Positions 50,219 through 59,523 of a stretch of DNA of 64,000 nucleotides are shown piece by piece. Each line of letters begins with the position of its first letter. Position 1 is the first letter of the stretch. The notes under the pieces were generated by a model. It had not been told where the DNA came from, searched no databases, and saw nothing but the letters and a program-made list of their open reading frames with translations. Where the stretch lies: contig CANHCU010000005.1 of assembly GCA_947459185.1 (NCBI GenBank), forward strand, positions 7,161 through 71,160, given 5' to 3'. The stretch is from Planctomycetaceae bacterium. GTDB lineage: Bacteria; Planctomycetota; Planctomycetia; Pirellulales; UBA1268. Made by a program: the position numbers and the translations under genes.

Positions 50219-52387
50219 ATGGCCAGTGGTTCTTACGTGTGGGGAATCGATATCGGCAAATGCGCCTTGAAGGCGCTGAGGTGTCGCGTATCCACCGAGC
50301 CCAAAAAGCTCGAGGCCGTCGCCTGTGAGTACATCGAATACCCGATGATCCTCACGCAGCCCGAGGCCGACCCGATCGAACTGGTGCAGTCGGCCCTCGA
50401 GCAACTCATCAGCCGCCACGACCTGAAGGGCGACAAGGTCGCCGTGTCAGTTCCCGGCAATCTCGGTCTGTCGAAGTTCATCAAGCTGCCGCCCATCGAG
50501 GCCAAGAAGATTCCCGACATCGTGAAGTACGAGGCTCGGCAGCAGATTCCATTTCCGCTCGAACAGGTGGTGTGGCGGTGGCAGCGGCTCGCCGGTGGGA
50601 TGGAGGAAAGTGGGTTCGTGCTCGACGCCGAGGTGGCGCTGTTCGCGATGAAACGCGAACAGGTGTTCAAGGCCCTGGCTCCCCTCGCCCAGGCGGGCAT
50701 CCACGTCGATGTTCTGCAGCTGGCACCGATCGCCTTGGCGAATATGGCGATATTCGACCAGTTGCCCGACCCGAAGACCCAGGATCCGGACCAGCCCGCC
50801 CCGTCGATCGCGCTGGTGTCGGTCGGGGTGGATTCGACCGACCTGGTCGTCACCAACGGGCGACGGATCTGGCAACGGAGCATCCCATCGGGCGGCAGCA
50901 ACTTCACCAAGGCCCTCGTGCAGGGAATGAAGCTCACGTTTACCAGGGCCGAAAACCTCAAGCGGAATGCCGTCAAGGCGGAAGATCCGAAGGCCGTCTT
51001 CAAGATGATGAAGCCGGTGTTCAATGAATTCGCCTCCGAACTCCAGCGGTCGCTGAACTATTTCACCGGCACCGACCGCACGGCGACCATCGGCAAGGTG
51101 CTGCTGCTCGGAAATGCGACCAAGCTCCGCGGGCTGACGGACTTCGTCGGACAGCAACTGCAGCTCGACGTGCAGCGGCTGGATAAGTTCAACGGATTGG
51201 AAGGGGCGTCGGTGCTGTCGAACCCGGCCTTCCGGGAGCACCAGCTCGCGTTCGGAACCGCCTATGGCCTTGCCCTCCAGGCGGCGAACGTGGCGGACAT
51301 CAGCACGAACCTGCTCCCTGATGAGATCGTTCGCGAACGCATCATCGAATCCAAGAAGCCATGGGCCGTGGGTGCGCTGGTCGGGCTCCTGGCTGCCGCG
51401 CTGATCAATTTTTTCGGCATGTTCGCCGCCTGGACGGCTTATGCCCCCGACCTCTACGCAGCCGCGTTCGGCAAGGCCGACGCCGTCAAAAAACAGTCGG
51501 CGGCGGCCACGGCGGCGATCGGCCAGGTGCGCGAACGGCAGGCAGCCGCCATCGCACAGCAGCAGTGGCTGGCGAAGGTGCAAAACCAGCGGTTCGAGGC
51601 GCTCGACATGGTGCGGGCAGTGCGGACGCTGCTGCCCCGCGATGAAGCGGGCGTCGTGCCGGAGAATCCGGCCGACCGGCAGGAGCTTCACATCGATCGC
51701 ATGGATTGCCAGTTTTCCCCCGACCTTGCCGTCTGGTTTGGTGATTTGAAGCCGCAGTGGGCAGAAACCCATATTGCGGAGGATGCCGCGGCCGAACAAA
51801 AGGGAGCGGAGCCTCCGGAGGGTGCCGACAAACCTGCGGATGGCGAGCAGCCCGCCGTCACTCCCGATGCGCCGGCCGGTGAGGCGGACGCCGGTGGAGA
51901 AACAGCCGGTGGAGATACGAAGACCGCGGTCACTGGTCCCACCGGCCCCGGCTGGATCATCGAGTTGCGCGGCCATCACTTCCACAACGAACCGCGACAC
52001 AAGCCTTTGGAGGGAGCGCAATTCCTGCGATCCACCCTCGTCAAAAACCTGATGGACGGCGATGGAAAGGTTACCGTTTCGGCCGGACCGCTGGCCGGAC
52101 AGCAAGTGACCGTGTCCGAATTGGGCATTGGCTTCCCGATCATCGTCGTGTCGTCGCGGATCAAGTCGGTGCGGATTCCGGTGGCAAACCTCAGCGAAGG
52201 CAGCGGTCGGCCCGCTGGAGGCATGCCTGGGGGGATGCCGATGCGGCCCGGCACTGAGCCGACGCAGCCGCTTGAACCGCAGGATCTGTCGCTCAAGCGG
52301 TATGACTTCGTGCTCCAACTGTGTTGGCAGCCGCGGCCCGCCGGACAGGCTCCGCCACCGCCTGCTGCACCGGCCGCCGTTGAATGA
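50219..52387 (+). CDS. pilM: Type IV pilus assembly protein PilM fused to a PilN-like region
   Basis: WGIDIG..ALK actin-like fold, KYEARQQIPFPL, GG.NFT, E.QRS..YF, then TNLLP, a TM segment and a coiled coil. Confidence 0.85.
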   Translation: MASGSYVWGIDIGKCALKALRCRVSTEPKKLEAVACEYIEYPMILTQPEADPIELVQSALEQLISRHDLKGDKVAVSVPGNLGLSKFIKLPPIEAKKIPDIVKYEARQQIPFPLEQVVWRWQRLAGGMEESGFVLDAEVALFAMKREQVFKALAPLAQAGIHVDVLQLAPIALANMAIFDQLPDPKTQDPDQPAPSIALVSVGVDSTDLVVTNGRRIWQRSIPSGGSNFTKALVQGMKLTFTRAENLKRNAVKAEDPKAVFKMMKPVFNEFASELQRSLNYFTGTDRTATIGKVLLLGNATKLRGLTDFVGQQLQLDVQRLDKFNGLEGASVLSNPAFREHQLAFGTAYGLALQAANVADISTNLLPDEIVRERIIESKKPWAVGALVGLLAAALINFFGMFAAWTAYAPDLYAAAFGKADAVKKQSAAATAAIGQVRERQAAAIAQQQWLAKVQNQRFEALDMVRAVRTLLPRDEAGVVPENPADRQELHIDRMDCQFSPDLAVWFGDLKPQWAETHIAEDAAAEQKGAEPPEGADKPADGEQPAVTPDAPAGEADAGGETAGGDTKTAVTGPTGPGWIIELRGHHFHNEPRHKPLEGAQFLRSTLVKNLMDGDGKVTVSAGPLAGQQVTVSELGIGFPIIVVSSRIKSVRIPVANLSEGSGRPAGGMPGGMPMRPGTEPTQPLEPQDLSLKRYDFVLQLCWQPRPAGQAPPPPAAPAAVE

Positions 52388-52451
52388 ACCCGCGAGTTCC
52401 CTCACGGCTCTCCTTTCCACCCACCCATTCTCGTCAGCAAGCGTCACCACC

Positions 52452-53942
52452 ATGGCCAAGACTTCCGTTGCCGACACGGCTCGTCCCTGGTTAGCACTGC
52501 TCGCCAAGCATCATTTCTGGCTCTTGTCGCTGGTGGTTCCGCTGGTTTTGCTGCCGCTGTTATTCGTGGCGCAAGGTCAGCTCACCACCCAGATCGAGGC
52601 GGTGAGAAGGGAAATCGAGGGGCACATCTCGGCGCTCAAGAGTGTGCGACAAATTCCGCAGCATCCCAACGACTCATGGGCCAACGACATCGATTCCAGC
52701 ACCATGCGGGTGAAACGCGAAACGCTCGCCGAGTGGCGGAAGTTCTGGGACAGCCAGCAGGCGATCCGCGTCTGGCCCGACTCCCTGGGCCCCGATTTTG
52801 TGAAGGCGGCCGAGACGCTCAAGTCAGATGGCAAACTCTCGCCGCGGCTGCTCGAGCGGTATCAGGACGTGGTGCGGACGCTTGTCCGGGAACTGCCCAC
52901 GCGGTTGGGTGTGGAAGATGCCATGAAGGACGCCTCCGAAACAGGGCAATCGTCCCCAAACGTCCCGATGCAGCAGACCATTCGCCCGGAGATGATTCGG
53001 CCCGGTATGGGCCCGGCGGACGGGGTTTCAGAGGTGTCGCCCTATGTCGCGACGTGGAGTTCAGAGAACCAGCAGCGGATCTTCGCGTCGTTCAATTGGG
53101 ACAAGAAGCCATCCACCGCCAAGGTCTTGCTGGCGCAGGAAGAATTGTGGGTCTACGACGCGTTGTGTGACGTGGTGGCACGCATCAACAAGCCGGCCAC
53201 TGGTCCACACAACGCTGCGATCTCCACCATCGACGAACTCTACGTTGGGTATCCGGCCGCTGAGGACAACCCAGGTGGCGTCGGCGGTGGCCGGGTCATT
53301 CGCATAACGGCAAATCAAATGCCCGACGGAGTGCCGCCGGACATGATGGGCCCAGGAGGCCCGGGTGCCGCCGCGGGAAGGCCGCCCAACCCACGGTTTG
53401 AAGGGGGCCAGACGGGGGCCGCAGGGATGGGCCCTCCGGGTGGCGAAGCGGGCGCGGCAGGGCCGGTGGATCCAGAAGAGATGCTGCGGAACTGGGTCTA
53501 CGTTGACTTTACCGGCAAGCCCTTGGACGCCACGCAGTTGGGGGCCGCGGTCGATTGCCAGATGATCCACCTTATGCCATTTGTGTTGCGGGTCGTGATC
53601 GATCAACGGCAGATCGACGGCTTGCTGGTTTTGCTGGCCACCGCCAAGGTCCCGATTGACGTTCGCCAGGTGCGGATCAACGCTCCGACCTCGGGACAGG
53701 GGGCTCAGAAGGCCGTCTGGGAAGACAATGCCGCCGTCACCTCCGATGCGGGAAGGCTTTATGACGTGACCCTTGAACTCCGTGGCACGATCGGCCTGGC
53801 CACGCCGCCGAATGAGGGAACCGTCGGCCTGGAGCCTGGCCAGGGGGATCCGGTGGCCCCGACTGAGGCGGCCGAGAAGCCTGCTCCAGTTCCCAAGGCC
53901 GCTCTCTTCCATCGGCCTACGCGTCGGAGGATTGCGTCATGA
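52452..53942 (+). CDS. Hypothetical bitopic membrane protein (PilO-position)
   Basis: N-terminal TM, coiled coil, AQEELWV, Gly/Pro/Met linker, P..LRV.IDQ; follows pilM. Confidence 0.65.
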   Translation: MAKTSVADTARPWLALLAKHHFWLLSLVVPLVLLPLLFVAQGQLTTQIEAVRREIEGHISALKSVRQIPQHPNDSWANDIDSSTMRVKRETLAEWRKFWDSQQAIRVWPDSLGPDFVKAAETLKSDGKLSPRLLERYQDVVRTLVRELPTRLGVEDAMKDASETGQSSPNVPMQQTIRPEMIRPGMGPADGVSEVSPYVATWSSENQQRIFASFNWDKKPSTAKVLLAQEELWVYDALCDVVARINKPATGPHNAAISTIDELYVGYPAAEDNPGGVGGGRVIRITANQMPDGVPPDMMGPGGPGAAAGRPPNPRFEGGQTGAAGMGPPGGEAGAAGPVDPEEMLRNWVYVDFTGKPLDATQLGAAVDCQMIHLMPFVLRVVIDQRQIDGLLVLLATAKVPIDVRQVRINAPTSGQGAQKAVWEDNAAVTSDAGRLYDVTLELRGTIGLATPPNEGTVGLEPGQGDPVAPTEAAEKPAPVPKAALFHRPTRRRIAS

Positions 53943-55795
53943 AAGCGCCTAAAATCGCGTTCAATAAGGATGCGGTGCTGTCGTTCCTGCTGCTGCATGG
54001 CGAGAAGGTCGTGGCCGCCATGGTCGCCCTGGCAGCCTGCGGCCTCGCGTGGGGCGGGGTCGGGGCGCTCCGGAACATGAGGCCCAAACCGGAGCAGCAG
54101 CCGCAAGCGATCATCGCCGATGCGGCGGCGACAGCCGAACACATCGAGGCTGTGAAGATCGCTCCAGACGATGAACTGACCAGCGAGAAGGGGCTCGCGG
54201 ATACCGTAGCCCAATGGATCGCTCCGAAAATTGAACCAGCACCCTCGCTGGCAATGTTCAACAAGCCTCTGTTTGGTGAACTTGCCCGGCGCAGCAGCCC
54301 CGATATTCTCCCCATCGAAGACCTGCGAGCCGTCGCGGGGGTCGCCATCTTGACACTGAAGCCCAAGCCGATCGGGGATCGACCGATCCCCGATCGCCCC
54401 CTCAATCTCGATGCCAACAACGCAGCCAAGCCCGCCAAGCCTCCGCGGGGCGGAGGCCGGGGTGGCCCAATGCAGCCGATGCAGCCACCTGACATGGGTC
54501 TGATGCCTCCCCAGCCTGACCCAGATGCCGTGCAAGGAAAGATCGTGCCGTATGTGCTCGTCACCGGTCTGATCCCCGTCGTCAAGCAGCAGGAAGAATA
54601 TGAGCGGCGATTCAGAACAGCGAGCCTCCGCGACCCGAAGCTCGACACGGCAAGCTGGAGCAATTACCGGCTTGAGAAGACCGAGGTGCTGCCCGGCGCT
54701 GCCGAGAAGTGGACTCCGGTTGACATGAAAACCGTCGCCCGTCGCTACGCTGGCGACTGGGGGGGAATCCAGCCGGAACCGATGCTACCCCCACTGCTGC
54801 TTCCGCCTGAACTGGAGCGGCGGGATCCGGTGCAGTCGCCGCTGCCGTTCTGCATCCCGATGCCGCAGTTGGCAGAAGGTTCCTGGGGTTTCAACGCTCT
54901 GCATCCCTGGTTTGCCGATTTTCTTCAGCGCGATGCTGCCGCTCGCAAGACGCTGGCCGAGGCCGAGGCCGAGAAGGCGGCAGTGAACACGAATGTCTTC
55001 GGTGGAGCCACGGGCGGCCCGCCGACCGGTGGCTTCGGGCCGACGGGCACCGATGGGGCCGGGATAACGCCGGGAATGATGCCAGGCGCGGACGGGCAGG
55101 GCACTCAGGGCCCGCTGGGGCCGGAGTATCGCCTGTTCAGGTTCATCGATCTTTCGGTCATGCCGGGGCGGACATACCGCTACCGGGTCAAGGCGGTCTG
55201 TTGGAACCCGAATCTCAACATGCCGAGCCGTCACCTCGTGGACGCTGAGATCGCAAAACAGCCCACCCTCGAATCCCCCGAGAGTAACGCCACCTCGCCG
55301 GTTGTTGTGCCCGACGGCACCCGCATGCTCGTGCAGCCTCTGAAGAAGCAGGAACTCAAGCGACTGAAGCCAGGCACGGTGGCCACGATGATCCTCGGCG
55401 AAAAGCCAAACGGCGGTTCGCTTGCCTTGCGTTCGCTGCTGCTTGAGGCGGGAGGCATCGCCAACGTCGATCCGTCTCAGAACAAGCGTGGTGATGCCCG
55501 TTCGCGGGGCGATGCGATCGTCACCGACCGAGTGCTCCTCGACGTCCGCGGCAAACTCGAGGATCGCGCGGAGACGAGGACGGGCAAGCCGACGCCGCCG
55601 CCCGAGCCGCTTGAGATGATCTTTCTGCGGCCCGATGGCACCTTCGAGGTCGCCTCCTCGGCGGATTCGCAACAGTCCATCGACCGTTATCAGCTCACGT
55701 TGCCGGCCGAAGACGCAGGAGCCGCGGCCGGCACCGGTCAGCCCCCGGCTGCAGGCGAGTCGCCGTTTGGCAACCCTTTCGCACCCAAAAGATAG
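53939..55795 (+). CDS. Hypothetical bitopic membrane protein with an FN3-like segment
   Basis: H.EK + TM, LFRF.D..V.PG.TYRYRV....NPN; ATGA overlap with the upstream gene. Confidence 0.7.
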   Translation: MKAPKIAFNKDAVLSFLLLHGEKVVAAMVALAACGLAWGGVGALRNMRPKPEQQPQAIIADAAATAEHIEAVKIAPDDELTSEKGLADTVAQWIAPKIEPAPSLAMFNKPLFGELARRSSPDILPIEDLRAVAGVAILTLKPKPIGDRPIPDRPLNLDANNAAKPAKPPRGGGRGGPMQPMQPPDMGLMPPQPDPDAVQGKIVPYVLVTGLIPVVKQQEEYERRFRTASLRDPKLDTASWSNYRLEKTEVLPGAAEKWTPVDMKTVARRYAGDWGGIQPEPMLPPLLLPPELERRDPVQSPLPFCIPMPQLAEGSWGFNALHPWFADFLQRDAAARKTLAEAEAEKAAVNTNVFGGATGGPPTGGFGPTGTDGAGITPGMMPGADGQGTQGPLGPEYRLFRFIDLSVMPGRTYRYRVKAVCWNPNLNMPSRHLVDAEIAKQPTLESPESNATSPVVVPDGTRMLVQPLKKQELKRLKPGTVATMILGEKPNGGSLALRSLLLEAGGIANVDPSQNKRGDARSRGDAIVTDRVLLDVRGKLEDRAETRTGKPTPPPEPLEMIFLRPDGTFEVASSADSQQSIDRYQLTLPAEDAGAAAGTGQPPAAGESPFGNPFAPKR

Positions 55796-55799
55796 GCTG

Positions 55800-57191
55800 A
55801 TGTCTGCCGTGATGAGATTCTCTGACTTCGCTCCGAACTTTGCTCCAAGGTGGCCGGCCTGCCAGCTCCTCCGCCGTTGCGTCACCGCGGTCCTGGCCGC
55901 GGGCATCGTGCTCACAGCCGCGGCCGATGGCGTTGGCCAGGATGGCGACGCCCGCTTCGCGGGCTGGGCCAAGTTGGAGTCTGCGGCGGAGACCAGGAAC
56001 TACCGGGAGGCCATGAAGGGCGGCGGGCCGTTCGACCAGGCTGCGCGAGGTTTTCTCGAGGAGATCGCGCTGCCGCAACTGGCCCTCGAGGCCAACCGCA
56101 GCACGATCGAAAGGATCCGCAAGCGGATGCGGGAATACCTGCTTGCCGATATCGCCAACGAGAAGGCGGCGGATGAAGCCCTCAAGGCCGCCATGTCATT
56201 CATGGAGACGCTCGCTGGCAAAGACGACGCCGATACGGTCGTGCGGGTCAACGCCATGCTGTTGATCGGTGAGTTGCAGTCGATGGATCGAAAGCCCTGG
56301 CAGCCCGCCGCGGCGGTGCTCGCCGGAGCGGCCGCAAACGCCGACCTGCCGAAGGCGGTGCGGATCGCAGCCTGTGTGGGCCTCGCCAGATACGTCGAAG
56401 CGACGAAAGGAGTCGCGGAGGAGCAACAACGGATGGCCGCAGTGGCAGTCCCCGCCATCACGGCGATACTGAACGAGCCCGCGAAGGAGCCGACGTCTCA
56501 GACGATGGCCGTCGAGAACGACTGGATGGCCGCGAGGTGTCTCTCGATGCTGCCGCAACTCGGCCAGCTATCGCCGGCGACCGCGGCGGACGTGGTTCGG
56601 ATCCTCAATGAGGACAACCGCTCGATCAACGTACGAGTGCGGGCGGCGACCGCGTTGGCGGCTGCCGGCGGCCCGGACTCGAAGATCGACAAGGCTGCTG
56701 TCATCCAGTCGATCGGGGCGTTGGCTACCTCGGCTCTCGAGCGAGACGTGGCCGCTGCGGACAAACTCCTGCTGGATCGTCAATACAGCGGCACGTCTGG
56801 CCAGCCCCAGCCAGGCATGATGCCGCCGGGCATGATGCCGCCCGGGATGCCCGGCATGGGCGTCGATCCGACCGGCCAACCGACCGTGGAACAGTTGATT
56901 CCACGGGAGGCCTGCCGGCGTGCTGCCTGGCGACTCTGGGTGCTCGCCGAAGCTATTCTGACGGATGACTCAAAGCGAGGCATTGCCCTTCTGGGTGGCG
57001 AAGCCTCGCCAGCGGCAGTTGATCTGGCTCAGAGCCTGCGGCGGGCCGCGATGGATCTCGATGCCACGCCCGAGGAATCGATGCTGCGGCAGGCGTTGGC
57101 AGACCTGAAGCCAGCAGCGCCCGCAGCGAAGACCGAGGAAGAGACCCCAGCCGCCGCAGGAAAGCCCGCCTCTGCACCTGCAGGCAAGTGA
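55800..57191 (+). CDS. Hypothetical exported HEAT-repeat-like protein
   Basis: Signal-like hydrophobic segment, VRVNAMLLIGEL, VRIAA..GL, VRVRAA.AL; GMMPP repeats. Confidence 0.7.
   Translation: MSAVMRFSDFAPNFAPRWPACQLLRRCVTAVLAAGIVLTAAADGVGQDGDARFAGWAKLESAAETRNYREAMKGGGPFDQAARGFLEEIALPQLALEANRSTIERIRKRMREYLLADIANEKAADEALKAAMSFMETLAGKDDADTVVRVNAMLLIGELQSMDRKPWQPAAAVLAGAAANADLPKAVRIAACVGLARYVEATKGVAEEQQRMAAVAVPAITAILNEPAKEPTSQTMAVENDWMAARCLSMLPQLGQLSPATAADVVRILNEDNRSINVRVRAATALAAAGGPDSKIDKAAVIQSIGALATSALERDVAAADKLLLDRQYSGTSGQPQPGMMPPGMMPPGMPGMGVDPTGQPTVEQLIPREACRRAAWRLWVLAEAILTDDSKRGIALLGGEASPAAVDLAQSLRRAAMDLDATPEESMLRQALADLKPAAPAAKTEEETPAAAGKPASAPAGK
56814..56861 (+). repeat. In-frame low-complexity repeat (GMMPP x2, GMPGMG)
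   Basis: GGCATGATGCCGCC(G/C) twice. Confidence 0.75.
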
Positions 57192-57224
57192 GGTGGGTCT
57201 ACACGATCTGGACGACGCGATCGG

Positions 57225-58997
57225 TTATCGCTTGATCAGGTCGCGGACGGTGCCACCCGACGGAATCATCGGCAGCACCTGCTCCTGGTAGGGAACCTGC
57301 ACGTCGAGCAGCGCCGGGCCCGGGGAGTCGATCAGTCGCATCAGCGCCGCCTCGAGATCGCTCCGCTCCGAGACCGTCTCGGCCTGCCAGCCGAATCCCT
57401 TGGCAATTTCCACGAAGTCCGGATAACGGGCCGCCGGTGAGATGCCGTTGCCCTGACCGGAGGCTTCGGGATTCCCGACGGGGCCAAGGTAGGTGTGGGC
57501 ACGGTTTCCCTTGTGGAACCGGTCCTCCCACTGCACCACCATGCCGAGGTGTTGGTTGTTGAGAAGCAGCACCTTGACGGCGATGTCTTCGCAGTGGCAG
57601 GTGGCGAACTCCTGGATGTTCATGAGAATGCTGCCGTCGCCATCGATGTCCACCACGAGCGACTCCGGATGGGCGACCTTGGCCCCCATCGCCGCCGGTA
57701 GTCCGAATCCCATCGTGCCCAGGCCGCTCGAGGAGAGCCACGTCCTGGGGCGACGGAACTTGTAGAACTGCGCCGACCACATTTGGTGCTGACCCACACC
57801 TACCGTGATGATCGTGTCGCGTTCAGCCGTGAGCCGTGAAAGTTCGGCGATGGCGTGCTGCGGCAGGATGCCCTTGAACGAGCGGTCGTAGGAAAATGGA
57901 TCCTCCCGCTTCCACTCGTCAATCTGCGCATACCACGCGTCGAGCGGCGCCGCAGGTGGCTCCACGATCGCGTTGAGTTGCGTCAACGTCTCCTTCACGT
58001 CAGCCACGATCGGCACGTGGACGAGTTTGTTCTTGTTGATCTCGGAGGGGTCGATGTCGATGTGCACGATGAAACCGTGCTGGGCGAATTCTGACACCTT
58101 GCCCGTCACCCGGTCGTCGAACCGCACGCCCACTGCGATCAACAGGTCGGCCTGATCGACGGCCTGGTTAGCGTACACGCTGCCGTGCATGCCGAGCATG
58201 TCAAGACTCCGCGGATCGTCGCCAGGAAACGCCCCGAGTCCCAGAAGGGTCATCGTGACCGGGATGCCAGTCAGCCGCACAAGTTCACGAAGTTCGGCGG
58301 AGGCGTCTGCCGCGATCACACCGCCACCGGCGTAGATCACGGGCCGCTTGGCCCGCTTGATGGCGGCAGCCACTTGGGCGATCTGCTCCGCATGCGGCTT
58401 CCGCACGTCGGGGTGATAGCCGGGCAGATTCATCGGCGCATCGTAGTCGGGCACGATTTGCGCGAGCTGAACGTTTTTCGGCAGGTCGACCAACACGGGG
58501 CCGGGCCGGCCCGTAGTGGCGACATGAAATGCCTCCCGCATCACCCGGGCGATGTCATTGGCGTCGGTCACCAGATAGTGATGCTTGGTGATGCCGCGAC
58601 AGACTTCGACGATCGGCGTCTCTTGGAAGGCGTCGGTACCGATCACGCTTGTGCTCACCTGGCCGGTGAGCGCGACCATCGGGATGCTGTCCATCTTTGC
58701 ATCGGCGATCGCCGTCACGAGGTTGAGCGCACCGGGACCGCTGGTCGCCATGCAGACCCCAGGCTTGCCGGTCGTCCTCGCGTAGCCCTGGGCCGCGAAG
58801 CCACCGCCCTGCTCGTGCCGCGGCAGGATCGTCCGCAGCCGGTCGGCGGCACGGGTCAGCGCCTGGTGCAGCGGCATGCTCGCGCCACCCGGATAGGCGA
58901 AGATCACGTCCACGCCGTTGCGGATCAGCGACTCGACGACCACGTCGGCACCGCTGATGAAGGCTTCGGAGGCGCGGGGGCGGGAGGCTGTGGCCAT
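57225..58997 (-). CDS. ilvB: Acetolactate synthase large subunit
   Basis: [56 protein letters not shown]. Confidence 0.96.
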   Translation of the reverse strand: MATASRPRASEAFISGADVVVESLIRNGVDVIFAYPGGASMPLHQALTRAADRLRTILPRHEQGGGFAAQGYARTTGKPGVCMATSGPGALNLVTAIADAKMDSIPMVALTGQVSTSVIGTDAFQETPIVEVCRGITKHHYLVTDANDIARVMREAFHVATTGRPGPVLVDLPKNVQLAQIVPDYDAPMNLPGYHPDVRKPHAEQIAQVAAAIKRAKRPVIYAGGGVIAADASAELRELVRLTGIPVTMTLLGLGAFPGDDPRSLDMLGMHGSVYANQAVDQADLLIAVGVRFDDRVTGKVSEFAQHGFIVHIDIDPSEINKNKLVHVPIVADVKETLTQLNAIVEPPAAPLDAWYAQIDEWKREDPFSYDRSFKGILPQHAIAELSRLTAERDTIITVGVGQHQMWSAQFYKFRRPRTWLSSSGLGTMGFGLPAAMGAKVAHPESLVVDIDGDGSILMNIQEFATCHCEDIAVKVLLLNNQHLGMVVQWEDRFHKGNRAHTYLGPVGNPEASGQGNGISPAARYPDFVEIAKGFGWQAETVSERSDLEAALMRLIDSPGPALLDVQVPYQEQVLPMIPSGGTVRDLIKR

Positions 58998-59139
58998 GGT
59001 GTGGACTCCTCTGGTGTGGGATGAGGCTGGTCCGGCGACGGCCGGTCAGCCCCCCTTCAAAAATACACGATAAATGGCCCCGCGCGTCAGGGGCCGATTT
59101 TTCGGGGAATTTGCCGATTACGGTGTCCGGAGGGGCTCC

Positions 59140-59276
59140 GGTCGGGGCTGGCCACGCCCCGTCGCCGGACGTTCGCTACGGCATCCTGCCTCCGCTCACT
59201 CGATGCTGACTGCGCTTCGGCATCCTGCCTACGCTGGTCAGCAACGCCGGCTCTCAGGACGTGGCCAGCCCCGACC
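59140..59276. repeat. ~130-nt nested-hairpin dispersed element, copy B
   Basis: Perfect 17-bp outer stem GGTCGGGGCTGGCCACG/CGTGGCCAGCCCCGACC; interior highly similar to 6891-7021. Confidence 0.85.
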
Positions 59277-59341
59277 TCCCGGATTGCATGGCAGGATGCC
59301 ATGCGAAGGCACCAGCAAACTGCGTTTGCAAAACGGTTGGT

Positions 59342-59461
59342 GAGCCGGGGATCGGCGGAAGCTCGAGGAGCTTTTGGATTTTTCGACCTTCTGAGGAATG
59401 CGCTGCCGTAGGTCGTGGAAGGAGATAAAGCCAACGCGACGAGACTTCTGCCGGCCCCGGC
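59342..59461 (+). repeat. ~120-nt element with imperfect terminal inverted repeats, copy B
   Basis: GAGCCGGGGATCGGCGGAAGCTCG...CGAGACTTCTGCCGGCCCCGGC, homologous to 49905-50018. Confidence 0.7.
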
Positions 59462-59523
59462 GGCGCGATGTCGTGTCTTTCGTGAAGCGGCCGCCCGTCC
59501 TCGCTTCCATTACAATGTTCCGC

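Noticed and set aside
59000-59140. ilvB leader-peptide attenuator
   Set aside because: No short Ile/Leu/Val-rich ORF and no terminator with a U-tract on the minus strand.
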